DNA from: Pseudomonadales bacterium | GTDB taxonomy: Bacteria > Patescibacteriota > Microgenomatia > UBA1400 > PJMF01 | Reading direction: 5' to 3' | DNA: 64,000 nt | NCBI GenBank assembly: GCA_020632235.1 | Contig: JACKFY010000003.1 | Coordinates: forward strand, 29,966 to 93,965 | Shown here: piece after piece, positions 29,136 to 39,392 of the stretch | Position numbering within the stretch: position 1 is the stretch's first letter | Layout: each line of letters starts with the position of its first letter | Translations under genes and position numbers: made by a program | Notes under the pieces: model-generated | The model's input: only the letters and a program-made list of their open reading frames with translations | Database searches by the model: none | What the model was told of the DNA's origin: nothing

Positions 29136-29486
29136 TTATTTTTTACTATATCTTCCGATGAAAAAACTAATTATCAAGCCAATAATTGTAAGAATAGTAT
29201 CGATTTTTGATCCGGCGTCAGATTGTTCATATAAATTGAGCATGTATTTTAAGAAGTTTGAGGAAATCCATAAAATTTCATTTTTATAAAATGAAATGAA
29301 AAATGATATTAAAATAAATTTAAAAAGAAGGTCACCTCTTTTTTGTTGATGTTCGATCGCCTGCAAAGTAATTTTTCTATCTTTGTTCTGCAACTCAAGC
29401 ATTTTTAGTAAGACGTTTCTCATGTCTTCCAGATCATCATCAATTTTTTTTATCTTTTTTGAGGAAGAAAGAGGAGATTTGTTCAT
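29136..29486 (-). CDS. Small membrane protein in an AT-rich DNA segment, immediately downstream of tRNA-Glu
   Basis: 116 aa with two hydrophobic helices, in DNA of about 30% GC. Confidence 0.4.
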   Translation of the reverse strand: MNKSPLSSSKKIKKIDDDLEDMRNVLLKMLELQNKDRKITLQAIEHQQKRGDLLFKFILISFFISFYKNEILWISSNFLKYMLNLYEQSDAGSKIDTILTIIGLIISFFIGRYSKK

Positions 29487-29494
29487 ATTTTTTG

Positions 29495-29566
29495 TGACCC
29501 CACGGGGAATCGAACCCCGCTTTTCAGGATGAAAACCTGATGTCCTAGCCGATAGACGATGGGGCC
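29495..29566 (-). tRNA. tRNA-Glu (anticodon TTC)
   Basis: The reverse complement GGCCCCATCGTCTATCGGCTAGGACATCAGGTTTTCATCCTGAAAAGCGGGGTTCGATTCCCCGTGGGGTCA gives a cloverleaf with anticodon loop TTTTCAT. CCA is not encoded. Confidence 0.85.
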
Positions 29567-29607
29567 ATCTATCTTTTTTACTATACTATCAATTGCACTG
29601 CACCACT

Positions 29608-29758
29608 CCTTTCAGGATGTCACCCTCAGGGTGATCACTCGCTAGAGCGAAAAACCTGATGTCCTTATCTCCCGCAGGGAGGCTAGCCGACAGACCCCGT
29701 TATTGCCTCAAATATTTAATCGAGAGCAAAACGGGACAGGCTTTGGGGCCATCTATCT
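29608..29758 (-). other. Partial tRNA-Glu duplicate (5' leader, acceptor 5' half, D-arm, anticodon arm; no T-arm) interrupted by three hairpin insertions
   Basis: The colinear blocks ggggccatctatct, ctagccgaCagac, aaaacctgatgtcct and tttcaggatg match the tRNA-Glu gene and its 5' flank. They are separated by inserts that each form hairpins: CCCGTT...AACGGG, CTCCC-gca-GGGAG and TCACCCT-c-AGGGTGA. Confidence 0.6.
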
Positions 29759-29815
29759 GTAGTATTGTACCATTTTCATTTCTAGCAGATAGAGACTGGT
29801 AAATAGTGCTTTTTT

Positions 29816-30190
29816 TCAAAATAACCATGTAATATTTTCAAAGTGCTCGATGGTGTCACCCTGCAGCGTCACGCAATCAAAGCGATAGTTTTTGTGAATG
29901 GCGTGTGCTTTGACGTATGCAGCAGCACAGATTTGGAGGGAGCGGAGTTTTTTCTGGGTAATGCTGCTACTGGGGTGAGCAGGAGCATGCTTTGATCGTG
30001 TCTTGACCTCGATGAATACCAGTTCGTCTCGGTCGTTGTCCCAGGCGATAATATCTACTTCGTGGTTTTTGTAGCGCACGTTTTGCTCTACTACACGATA
30101 TCCTTGTGTTGTTAAAAAGCGAGCAGCTGCACCTTCCCCTCTAGAGCCAGTGGAGGTATTATGCGCTCTTTGTTGTTTGGGCGACAGCAC
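29816..30190 (-). CDS. yraN: YraN/UPF0102 family endonuclease (start uncertain)
   Basis: [49 protein letters not shown] matches the YraN core. The track ORF extends to 30394, overlapping rplS. A likely start is GTG near 30190, or ATG at 30262. Confidence 0.6.
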   Translation of the reverse strand: MLSPKQQRAHNTSTGSRGEGAAARFLTTQGYRVVEQNVRYKNHEVDIIAWDNDRDELVFIEVKTRSKHAPAHPSSSITQKKLRSLQICAAAYVKAHAIHKNYRFDCVTLQGDTIEHFENITWLF

Positions 30191-30512
30191 TCTTTTCTTT
30201 AATGCGGGTGGCTGCTTTTCCGATGCGGTCGCGGAGGTAATAGAGTTTTGCGCGCCTGACATGACCTTTGCGTTTGACCTCGATAGACTTGATACTTGGC
30301 AGACGCACGGGTAGAATCTTTTCAACCCCAATGCCGTTTGCACCGATCTTGCGCACGGTAAATGATTGACCAGCACCCGCGTTTTTAATAGCAATTACCA
30401 ACCCCTCAAATAGCTGGGTGCGTGTTTTATCACCGTCAGTAATGCTTTGGTGAATGCGCACGGTGTCGCCTATGTGTACGTCTGTGGTGTTGTGAGTAAA
30501 GGTGTTTGCCAT
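30159..30512 (-). CDS. rplS: 50S ribosomal protein L19
   Basis: [80 protein letters not shown]. Confidence 0.9.
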   Translation of the reverse strand: MANTFTHNTTDVHIGDTVRIHQSITDGDKTRTQLFEGLVIAIKNAGAGQSFTVRKIGANGIGVEKILPVRLPSIKSIEVKRKGHVRRAKLYYLRDRIGKAATRIKEKSAVAQTTKSA

Positions 30513-30571
30513 ATCTCCTTCAGGTTATTCTTAAAGCAAGAGATGTATTGTACTGTATGTTGGAGCTGTTC

Positions 30572-32263
30572 TCAAGTGCGTGGTTTTTGATTCTTCATGC
30601 CTGCTACTTTGAGAAACTCTACAAATAAAGGGTGGGGCGCGAGTGGGCGAGATTTATACTCCGGGTGTGCTTGGGTTGCGATGAAAAACGGGTGCACTTC
30701 TGGTGGCAGCTCTATCATCTCAACAAAAAAATCATCGGGTGAGGTGCCCGAGATGACAAACCCCGCGTCTTCTAGTGGCTGGCGGTACTCATTATTAAAT
30801 TCATAACGATGGCGATGGCGCTCTGAAATGAGGTTTTGTTTGGCGTCTTTAAATGCCTTGTGTTTGCTATAGATGCTGTGTGCGAGTGTGCCTTTTTCCA
30901 AAATACAGTCGTACGCACCCAAACGCATGCTGGCCCCGTCCCCCTTGATGCGCTGATAGGATGCCTCAAATGGAATGTCGTGAATGATGGGGTGGGGTGT
31001 ATCGGGGTTGACTTCGGTGGTGTGGGCGTCGTCTAGGCCGCACACATTACGGGCAAACTCCACACTGGCCAGCTGCATGCCGTAACACAGGCCCAAGTAC
31101 GGCACTTTGTTTTCTCGGGCATACTTGATGGCATTAATTTTCCCCTCGACTCCCCGCTCTCCCCAGCCAATAGGCACAATAATGCCGCTGGCTGACCTGA
31201 GCGTTTTCCAGGCATTTTTGTCGTTTTGTTCTAGCTGTTCGGCGTTAATAAGCTCTATCTGGACGTCGAGTGACTGGTGCCAGCCAGCAAACGAGAGCGA
31301 CTCCAAGAGCGAGACGTACGAGTCTTTTAGCTCAAACTCACCCGTGGCGATGTACTTGGCGATGATAGCGATGGTGACGGTTTCTTTTTTGGGCGTTGAG
31401 ATAGAGTCAACAAAGTCACGCCAAGGCTTCAGGGTACTTCGCTGTGCCTCTAGTCCCACTTTTTTTAGCACTTTCTCGTCAAACTGTTGGTCTGCTAGCA
31501 CCAAGGGTACGTGGTAGATCGTTTCAAGATCTGGGTTCGAAATAACATCAGCAGCGTCGATATTGCAGTAGTAGGCTACTTTTTCTTTGCGCTTGTCATC
31601 AATGTAGTGCTCTCCTCTCCCCACAATAAAGTCGGGCTGAATGCCCATTGAGTTGAGGGTGCGCACCGAGAGCTGAGTGGGTTTTGACTTTAACTCATTG
31701 ATGTGGGAAGGGTTCGGAAAGTAGGTGACGTGGACGTGGATAACGTCACTGGGCTGCTGTAACTTCATGATGCGGTAGGCCTCGTAGTAGATGACGTTTT
31801 GGTATTCGCCCGCCGTGCCACCCAGCTCCACCAGGCAGATATCAAACCCGTTGCCCGCTTTTTTTATTCTGCGAATGGCCTCTTGTGGGATGTACATCCA
31901 GGCGTCAACGGTAGCACCGTTGTAGGCCAGATTGCGGGTGTTGTCTATCACGGTGGAGTAGATCTGCCCTAAAGTAGTAAAGTTGGTCTCGCCCACTTCT
32001 TGGCCCAAGAAGCGCTCGTACGAGCCCAGGTCAAGATCTGCTTCCAGGCCGTCTTCACACAAAAAGACGTCGCCGTGCTCGATAGGGTTGATGTTGCCCG
32101 AGTCTAAATTGAGATAGTTTTCACACTTGATGTTGGTGACCGAGTAGCCGCGGCTTTTGAGCAGCATTCCCAGCGAGGCCGCCGTGATGCCTTTGCCTAG
32201 GCCCGACAGCACACCGCCAGATACAAAGATATACTTAGTGGGAGTTGTTCCATGATTGCTCAC
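30572..32263 (-). CDS. pyrG: CTP synthase
   Basis: KYIFVSGGVLSGLGKGITAASLG at the N-terminus and a C-terminal glutamine amidotransferase domain (GLCYGMQL). Confidence 0.95.
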   Translation of the reverse strand: MSNHGTTPTKYIFVSGGVLSGLGKGITAASLGMLLKSRGYSVTNIKCENYLNLDSGNINPIEHGDVFLCEDGLEADLDLGSYERFLGQEVGETNFTTLGQIYSTVIDNTRNLAYNGATVDAWMYIPQEAIRRIKKAGNGFDICLVELGGTAGEYQNVIYYEAYRIMKLQQPSDVIHVHVTYFPNPSHINELKSKPTQLSVRTLNSMGIQPDFIVGRGEHYIDDKRKEKVAYYCNIDAADVISNPDLETIYHVPLVLADQQFDEKVLKKVGLEAQRSTLKPWRDFVDSISTPKKETVTIAIIAKYIATGEFELKDSYVSLLESLSFAGWHQSLDVQIELINAEQLEQNDKNAWKTLRSASGIIVPIGWGERGVEGKINAIKYARENKVPYLGLCYGMQLASVEFARNVCGLDDAHTTEVNPDTPHPIIHDIPFEASYQRIKGDGASMRLGAYDCILEKGTLAHSIYSKHKAFKDAKQNLISERHRHRYEFNNEYRQPLEDAGFVISGTSPDDFFVEMIELPPEVHPFFIATQAHPEYKSRPLAPHPLFVEFLKVAGMKNQKPRT

Positions 32264-32343
32264 GGAGATGTATTGTAGCTAGAATAAGCCTTTAGGGCAA
32301 CTTGTATTTTCATTCAATAAAAAGTAAAATTGTTTAAAATATA

Positions 32344-33132
32344 ATGAGTAATTTAGAAAAATTTTTTTGCTGGCGCAAGAATGCTTTGGCAGCTAGCAAA
32401 GCGCATCCGGATAAACCTCATGAGTTATCTCCTTTAATTTCTCAAGATGAGGTGTCAAAAATGTTAGATTTTATCACTGATTTGATAAATGAACACGCAC
32501 GGAATGTGTTCAAAGATTTTGATATAGTGATGCAACTCTATTTAGATGGGCGTAGAGATGATCGGCTGTATAGGTTTTTTAAATCTTGCAGAAAGCCATT
32601 TTTGATTTATAGAAGTATTGTTTTCATGTTGACAGAAGAACGGATGATTGATCCAGATTTAAATAACTTTATAAAATTATTGGGAAAATTTAATGATAGT
32701 TTTTTCTTGGAAAATAACTCATATGCTACAAAGCTTAGAGCTGCTTTTAACAAAATTAAAGACAATTCTTTTCCAGAGCATGTGCCCACCAGTGGTTTTG
32801 CTTCCAGATTTGGGGAGTTGAAGTCTGAAATACTACATTTTTTTGATGAAATGGAAAAAAAACAGTCAGTAGATATTAATTCGTACCATGATTTGCGCAA
32901 ACTTCTAAAGCATATGTTGAACTACTTTCAAATTTTTGCTTACTTAAATAGAGATGAGATTTCATTGCACAAATTTTATGAGATTAGTCAGTTGGTTGAC
33001 GTAATGGGGGATACGCATGATACTGCAATTCAACAGTCATTAAAAGGAGAAGTTGAGTATATTAAATACAAAGTTGCCATTGAGGCTGGCTTGTTCTCTA
33101 GGGTTAGAGAAGCTCTAACTTTATCCCAATAA
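32344..33132 (+). CDS. Hypothetical protein in an AT-rich island between pyrG and dnaE
   Basis: 262 aa in DNA of about 32% GC. No recognisable family. The 3' end overlaps the dnaE stop convergently. Confidence 0.5.
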   Translation: MSNLEKFFCWRKNALAASKAHPDKPHELSPLISQDEVSKMLDFITDLINEHARNVFKDFDIVMQLYLDGRRDDRLYRFFKSCRKPFLIYRSIVFMLTEERMIDPDLNNFIKLLGKFNDSFFLENNSYATKLRAAFNKIKDNSFPEHVPTSGFASRFGELKSEILHFFDEMEKKQSVDINSYHDLRKLLKHMLNYFQIFAYLNRDEISLHKFYEISQLVDVMGDTHDTAIQQSLKGEVEYIKYKVAIEAGLFSRVREALTLSQ

Positions 33133-36100
33133 CTTCGCTATTTGTTTTTCTAACTGCTTACTCCATTCCACTGTGTAAGGCAAGACCATGCGTTGCTGCT
33201 TGCCCTCGCCAGGAAGGAGGATAACCACCGAGTGTTTGCCTGGGTGTGACTTGAGGAGGGCGCCCAGCTTGGTTAGCGTTTCCTGAGGGGTTTTTCGCGG
33301 AATGAAGATCTCTTTGTGCAGCTTGCTGGCAGTGTGGGTGAGCTCTACTTGGTTTGGCTGCGTAATGCTCTCGACAATGAGCTGAAGCTCCTCATCGCGC
33401 TCATCCACCTTGGCGCGCATAATTACCACGCTATCTGACTGGAGGAGTGATTGGTACTGCTCGTAGGTTTTGGGGAATACCACAAAGCTGGCGCTCCCGC
33501 TGGCGTCTTCGAGTGTGCCAAACGCCATAGGTTTGCCTGTTTTTTTGGTGGTTACTTCTCGCACCCGGGTCAACACCCCGCCAAAGGTGAAGATCTGCCC
33601 CACGTGAATGGTGCGGTCAAGGTCGGCAACTGTTTTATTGGCTTGGCTGCTTGCGACTTCCAGCTGCTTTGAGAGGGGGTGGTCGGTTAAGTACAACCCT
33701 AATAACTCTTTTTCAAAGTGCAAAAGCTCGGCGCGCGGGTACTCATCAGTTTCCAAAAAAGTGTCTTGCGGGGCCGAGGCGTGCTCGCTGGTGTTGGCAA
33801 AGAGGGTGTCTTGGCCCTCCACCGCCGAGGTGAGCTTGGTGGCAGTGGCGCGAATACTCTCGAGGTTTTCTAGCATACTCGCCCGGTTGCCAAAGGTGTC
33901 AAACGCGCCTACCTTGATCAGGCACTCCAGCGTTGTTTTGTTGACTTTTCTACTATCTGTCTCGTGAATAAACTGCGTGAGTGAGACAAACTGCCCCAGT
34001 TCTTTTCTGGTTTCTAAAATATTTTCAATCGCGCTGCTGCCCACGTGCTTGATAGCAGTCAGGCCAAAGCGAATAGCGTAGCCATTCAGCGAGCTCTCGT
34101 CCGTTTCTAGCGTAAAGGTGTCCGATGAGCGGTTGACATCTGGTGGCAGCACTACGATACCCATGGCTTTGCTCTCCTCGATGGCTCTGGCCACTTTTTC
34201 ATCGCGTTGGGCAGAGCTACTGGCAGACTCCACACTCATGACAGCTGTCATGTACTCCACGGGGTAGTTGGCCTTGAGATACGCTGTTTGGTAGGCAATC
34301 ATGGCGTAGCTGGCCGCGTGCGCTTTGTTAAAGCCGTAGTTGGCGAAGGCCTCGATAAAGCCCCAGACTTTTTCCGCCACTGTTTTTTCGTAGCCTTTCT
34401 TGATAGCCTCATCCACAAATCGTTTTTTATTTTTATCCAGCAGTGACTTTTTCTTTTTCCCAATCGCGCGGCGCAAGATATCCGCATCACCTAGCGAGTA
34501 GCCTGCCATGATGTTGGCGATCTGCAAGATCTGCTCTTGGTAGACCATCACCCCGTAGGTCTCTTTGAGTACATTTTTGAGCGTCTCGTGCGGGTAGATG
34601 ACGCTGTTGGGGTTGTGCTTGCCTTCTATAAACTGCGGGATCAGATCCATGGGACCAGGCCGGTAGAGTGCTACCATAGCGGTGATGTCTGAAAACTGGT
34701 TGGGCTTGAGCGAGCGGGCTACTCGGCGCATACCCGCAGACTCCAACTGAAAGACGCCAAAGGTATCTCCAGCTGAGAGCAGCTCAAAGGTCTTTGTGTC
34801 ATCGAGTGAAATAGTGTTGATATCAAGGTCATTCCCCGTTATTGTCTTGATGTGGTTGATAGTAGTCTGGATGGTCGAGAGGTTCCTGAGACCCAAGAAG
34901 TCAAACTTTAAGAGGCCGATAGCATCATCACTGATGTTGCAATCAAGTGCGTACATGTCGTACTGCGTTACCATCTTGCCTGATTTGCTATCTTGCTGAA
35001 TGGGGGTGTAGTCGGGCAGTGGTTTGTCGGTGATGATAAGCGCTGCTGCGTGTACTGATGAGTGGCGGATAGAGCCCTCGACTTGCTCTGCTAGGTCAAT
35101 CAGTTTTTTATACTTTGGTTGGCTGTAGTAGGTGGTCAGCTCTGGCACGGTCTCGACCGCACTGCGCAGGCTCGTTTTTTTGCCTGGGTTATTGGGGATG
35201 AGCTTGGCAATTTTGTCTGGTTCTTCGTAGGGCATGCCTAGCACTCGCCCGATGTCTCTGACGGCAACCCGAGCCTCCATCTTTCCAAAGGTGATGACGT
35301 GCCCCACGTGATCTTCACCATACTTTTTGGCCACGTAGGCAATCACCTCGTCTCGCCTATCGTCGGCAAAGTCCATATCAATATCTGGTGGGGTGGGACG
35401 CTGCGGGTTTAAAAAACGCTCAAATGCCAGCCCGTGTTGGAAGGGATCGATAGTGGTGATGCCCAGCACAAACGCCACCAGTGAGCCTGCTGCCGAGCCG
35501 CGCCCAGGGCCCACCCCGATTCCTTGCTCTTTTGCCCAGTTAACAAAATCTTGAGTAATCAGGAAGTAGGTGGCGTAGCCCTTTTGATTGATGATGTCTA
35601 TTTCGTAGCGCATGCGCTCTTTCATCTCGTTTGTAACGGGGTCAAATTTTTGCTCTAGTCTCTGCCAGCACATCTGCTCAAAGTAGCTGTCGGCAGTTTC
35701 TCCTTGTGGTACGGGAAAGTTGGGGAAGATCAGCTGGCCAGTGGGGATCTCGACGTTGCACTGCTCTGCTATCGCAACTGTGTTGGTGATGGCCTCCGGG
35801 TAGTCGTGAAAATCACGCATCATCTCTTCGGTTGACTTGAGGTACAAATCTGGCGTATCAAGCATACTCATGCGCTTGGTGTCGCTGATGAGCTTTCTGG
35901 TCTGCACGCACAAGAGGGCGTCTTGGGCAACACTATCACCTTTTTTGACGTAGTGGACGTCGTTGGTAGCCACAATGGGTAGCTGCAACTGCTTGGCAAT
36001 GGCAAGTAGCTTGGTATTAAGCGCGTCTTGCTCGCTACTCCCCTCATGTTTTTGCAGCTCTATATAGAACCTGCCCGCAAACCGCTCGTTGTACCACTTG

Positions 36101-36621
36101 AAAAGGGCGAGCGCCTCATCGTCTTGGCCTGCCCTGAGCAATCTATTGAACGGACTATTCATGCAGCCGCTCAGTACAATGAGATGATCGCTATATTTCT
36201 CAAGAATCTCTTGGTCCATTCTGGGTTTGTACGAAAACCCTTCCAAATGAGCGAGAGAGACCAACTGCATTAAGTTTTGGTAGCCGATGTGATTCATGGC
36301 CAGCAGGGTAAGGTGTGCCTGGTCACTGCCCATACGCACCTGTTTGTCAAAGCGAGAATTGGCCGCCATGTAGGCCTCTACCCCGATGATGGGTTTCACC
36401 CCCTCTTTCTTAGCCGTGTTGTAGAAGTGAAGGGAGCCGTACATTGAGCCGTGATCAGTCAGGGCGAGGGCAGTTTGGTTGTGCGCCTTGGCTTGTTGGA
36501 CAAGTTCGGGTAGCTTTCCAAGCCCATCGAGCATTGAGTACTCGGAGTGCACATGAAGGTGGACGAAGTCTGACATGGGTAGGTAGAGGATAGCTTGCTT
36601 TAGCACGCCTCGCAAGAGCAA
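33121..36621 (-). CDS. dnaE: DNA polymerase III alpha subunit
   Basis: N-terminal PHP domain FVHLHVHSEYSMLDG. 1166 aa with conserved palm and fingers. Confidence 0.95.
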   Translation of the reverse strand: MLLRGVLKQAILYLPMSDFVHLHVHSEYSMLDGLGKLPELVQQAKAHNQTALALTDHGSMYGSLHFYNTAKKEGVKPIIGVEAYMAANSRFDKQVRMGSDQAHLTLLAMNHIGYQNLMQLVSLAHLEGFSYKPRMDQEILEKYSDHLIVLSGCMNSPFNRLLRAGQDDEALALFKWYNERFAGRFYIELQKHEGSSEQDALNTKLLAIAKQLQLPIVATNDVHYVKKGDSVAQDALLCVQTRKLISDTKRMSMLDTPDLYLKSTEEMMRDFHDYPEAITNTVAIAEQCNVEIPTGQLIFPNFPVPQGETADSYFEQMCWQRLEQKFDPVTNEMKERMRYEIDIINQKGYATYFLITQDFVNWAKEQGIGVGPGRGSAAGSLVAFVLGITTIDPFQHGLAFERFLNPQRPTPPDIDMDFADDRRDEVIAYVAKKYGEDHVGHVITFGKMEARVAVRDIGRVLGMPYEEPDKIAKLIPNNPGKKTSLRSAVETVPELTTYYSQPKYKKLIDLAEQVEGSIRHSSVHAAALIITDKPLPDYTPIQQDSKSGKMVTQYDMYALDCNISDDAIGLLKFDFLGLRNLSTIQTTINHIKTITGNDLDINTISLDDTKTFELLSAGDTFGVFQLESAGMRRVARSLKPNQFSDITAMVALYRPGPMDLIPQFIEGKHNPNSVIYPHETLKNVLKETYGVMVYQEQILQIANIMAGYSLGDADILRRAIGKKKKSLLDKNKKRFVDEAIKKGYEKTVAEKVWGFIEAFANYGFNKAHAASYAMIAYQTAYLKANYPVEYMTAVMSVESASSSAQRDEKVARAIEESKAMGIVVLPPDVNRSSDTFTLETDESSLNGYAIRFGLTAIKHVGSSAIENILETRKELGQFVSLTQFIHETDSRKVNKTTLECLIKVGAFDTFGNRASMLENLESIRATATKLTSAVEGQDTLFANTSEHASAPQDTFLETDEYPRAELLHFEKELLGLYLTDHPLSKQLEVASSQANKTVADLDRTIHVGQIFTFGGVLTRVREVTTKKTGKPMAFGTLEDASGSASFVVFPKTYEQYQSLLQSDSVVIMRAKVDERDEELQLIVESITQPNQVELTHTASKLHKEIFIPRKTPQETLTKLGALLKSHPGKHSVVILLPGEGKQQRMVLPYTVEWSKQLEKQIAKLLG

Positions 36622-36642
36622 TGGTTAGCCCAACTTTATATT

Positions 36643-38016
36643 CTAGAGCTGTTTCAACTGCCGCTCAATCTCCACCCTCACTTGGCCTGCGTCAGCATTG
36701 TTTCCCACCACCCGCATGGCCTGGCCCATAAAGAACCCCAGCACTTGGGTTTCACCAGCTTGGTATTTTGCCACTGCGTCAGGATGCTGTGTTAGTATTT
36801 TTTGGATTGTGGTGCTCAGCTGCTGTGCGTCAACGCTACTGCTGGCAGTCTGCTTTTGGTATGTTTTCAGCACCGACTCGGGCGTGCTTTCAGGGTTGAT
36901 CTCTAGCTGTTTATTCACGAGTGCTGCAGCAATTTTTTTGGGTAGAATGCCTTGTTTTTCTGCTAATGCAAATACACTGTCAAGCCACGCTGTTTGCTCT
37001 GCATTGACCACCAGCATCTTTAATGCCTGGTTGTTTAGGCCGTAGGTATCGCTCCAACGGGTTCGCACGCTGCCTGGCAACTCTGGTAGCTGGTGTTGCC
37101 ATTCTTTAATCTGGCTTTGGGCAAACTGGAAGGGAGGGAGGTCGGGGTCGGGCATGTAGCGGTAGTCGGCTGCATCTTCTTTTGCGCGCTGCGTAAAGGT
37201 GATATCTTTTGTGCTGTTGTAGCCTCTGGTTTCTTGTGCTGGAAGCACGCCAGTATCGAGCACTTCGCCTTGCCGCTCTACTTCATGGCTAATAGCGTTT
37301 TCTAAAAATCGGAATGAGTTAATGTTTTTGACCTCGACTTTATACTCAGGCAGCTGCCCGCGCTCCGCCTGTTCTGTACTCTGCAGAGAGATGTTTGCCT
37401 CCAGTCGCATGCCGCCTTGTTCCATGTCACAGTCAGCAATCTCTAGGTAGCGCATGATCTCGCGCAGATTGCGGCCGTACTCGGCTGCCTGCGCGGGCGA
37501 GGTAACATCTGGCTCACTTACGATCTCAACCAGCGGCACGCCAGCCCGGTTGTGATCAATCATGCTAACCTTTTCCCCGTCAAGAGTGGCGTGGATCATC
37601 TTGGCAGTGTCTTCTTCCAGATGAATGCGCGTCAGGCGGACAGGCCCGTGGGAGGTCTCTACTGCCCCACCAGTGCAGAACGGAATGTCATACTGGCTGA
37701 TCTGGTAGCCTTTGGGCAGATCAGGATAAAAGTAGTGTTTTCGATCAAACTTTGAAAATAGGTTGATATCACAACCCAGTGCTAGACCAAGCTTGATAGT
37801 CCACTCGATGGCTGTTTTGTTGGCTACGGGCAGTCCGCCTGGCATCCCCAAGCAGACGGGACAGGTATGAGTGTTGGGTTTTTCTGCAAAAAAGGGGTTA
37901 TTTGTGCAGCCGCAAAACATTTTTGAGGCAGTTTTTAGTTCGGCGTGCACCTCCATACCACAGATGAGGGTGTAGGCTTCAGTCCGTCGGTTGATGGATG
38001 GGTTTTGGGCGTTCAT
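36643..38016 (-). CDS. gatB: Asp/Glu-tRNA amidotransferase subunit B
   Basis: ICGMEVHAELKTASKMFCGCTNN...CPVCLGMPGGLPV. Confidence 0.9.
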   Translation of the reverse strand: MNAQNPSINRRTEAYTLICGMEVHAELKTASKMFCGCTNNPFFAEKPNTHTCPVCLGMPGGLPVANKTAIEWTIKLGLALGCDINLFSKFDRKHYFYPDLPKGYQISQYDIPFCTGGAVETSHGPVRLTRIHLEEDTAKMIHATLDGEKVSMIDHNRAGVPLVEIVSEPDVTSPAQAAEYGRNLREIMRYLEIADCDMEQGGMRLEANISLQSTEQAERGQLPEYKVEVKNINSFRFLENAISHEVERQGEVLDTGVLPAQETRGYNSTKDITFTQRAKEDAADYRYMPDPDLPPFQFAQSQIKEWQHQLPELPGSVRTRWSDTYGLNNQALKMLVVNAEQTAWLDSVFALAEKQGILPKKIAAALVNKQLEINPESTPESVLKTYQKQTASSSVDAQQLSTTIQKILTQHPDAVAKYQAGETQVLGFFMGQAMRVVGNNADAGQVRVEIERQLKQL

Positions 38017-39389
38017 TGCTTATTCCTCCAGGTGTTCCAACGTGTTGCTCTCTCAAACGCATCGGCAATTTGGATAGCCCTTCCTTCTTTCCACCACGGC
38101 GTGGTGATGTTCATTCCTAAGAAAAGATTGGTGGTCTCATCTCTATAACACGGCACGCTGACGCCAGGCAGCCCGCAGATAGAGCTCGGTTCCAACAGCA
38201 TGTCTTCTAGCTCGCCAAACATAGCCTGCCCTTCACTAGCGCCACGTTTCTTGGCAAAGCCTGGTGATGACAAGCTAACGAGCGCGTCGTACCTTTCAAA
38301 CAACTCTTGAAAGTCTCTCATAAATAAGGTGCGGACTTTATTTGCATGAGTGTAGTACTGCTCGGCGTAGCCTTTACTCAGCGTGTAGGTGCCCAGCATG
38401 ATGCGGCGTTTGGCCTCGTCACCAAAATGAGAGCGATCTCCACCATAGCGAATGCCAGTGTAGCGGGCAAGGTTGCTTGAAACCTCTCCTCGCTGGACTA
38501 TGGTGTAGACGCCAATCGCGTAGTGTGGGTCAAATGTTGGGGCTGGCTCGACAGTAGCACCGAGGTCTTCAAGCACCTTGAGTTGTTCTTCAAAGCGTGA
38601 CTTTGTTTCTTCAAACTCCGCAAGATTGTGGTAGATATACCCGATGCGCATGTCTTTGATAGGTTTTTGAAGTGACGCGGTAAAGTCGGGTGTTGCCTGA
38701 GGGCTGGTGGTAGCATCAAGGGGGTCGTGTCCGGCAATGGCGTTCAAGAGGATGGCCGAGTCTTCGACTGTTTTGGTCATTGGCCCGGGGCTGTCGGTGG
38801 ATGACGCCATCGCCACGATGCCGTATCGGCTCACCCTACCGTAGGTGGGCTTGAGACCCACGATGCCACACCATGAGGCAGGCTGGCGAATAGAACCAGC
38901 CGTCTCGGTGCCGAGCGCTGCAATGCACATATCAGCAGCGACCGCCGCTGCACTTCCACCAGATGATCCTCCTGGTAAGTAGTCAGTATTTCTGGGGTTT
39001 TTTGTCACATCAAAGTCTGATGTTTCAGTTGATGACCCATGCGCCCATGCATCCATGTTGGTTTTGCCTATAAGTACAGCTCCGCTAGACCTAAGCTTTT
39101 GTGTAACACTTGAATCAAAAGGAGGAATGAAGCTCTCAAGCACTTTAGAAGACGCAGTAGTAGGCATATCTTTCGTGCAGAAGTTATCTTTAATAGCCAG
39201 TGGTATACCCGAAATTTTTGTATTACTTTGCTCCTGAAAGTTTGCATCTTCTTTTATATAAGTATATGCATTGATATCATTATTTTTAGATTGAGATACT
39301 TCTGTACACTTTGTTATTAATTCATTAATTGATATATCTTTAGATTTGATCGCTTGATGAGCTTTTTTGAGAGTTAGAGTGTTTAACAT
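38013..39389 (-). CDS. gatA: Asp/Glu-tRNA amidotransferase subunit A
   Basis: Amidase signature [13 protein letters not shown]. The N-terminal roughly 100 codons lie in AT-rich DNA. Confidence 0.9.
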   Translation of the reverse strand: MLNTLTLKKAHQAIKSKDISINELITKCTEVSQSKNNDINAYTYIKEDANFQEQSNTKISGIPLAIKDNFCTKDMPTTASSKVLESFIPPFDSSVTQKLRSSGAVLIGKTNMDAWAHGSSTETSDFDVTKNPRNTDYLPGGSSGGSAAAVAADMCIAALGTETAGSIRQPASWCGIVGLKPTYGRVSRYGIVAMASSTDSPGPMTKTVEDSAILLNAIAGHDPLDATTSPQATPDFTASLQKPIKDMRIGYIYHNLAEFEETKSRFEEQLKVLEDLGATVEPAPTFDPHYAIGVYTIVQRGEVSSNLARYTGIRYGGDRSHFGDEAKRRIMLGTYTLSKGYAEQYYTHANKVRTLFMRDFQELFERYDALVSLSSPGFAKKRGASEGQAMFGELEDMLLEPSSICGLPGVSVPCYRDETTNLFLGMNITTPWWKEGRAIQIADAFERATRWNTWRNKQ

Positions 39390-39392
39390 TAC

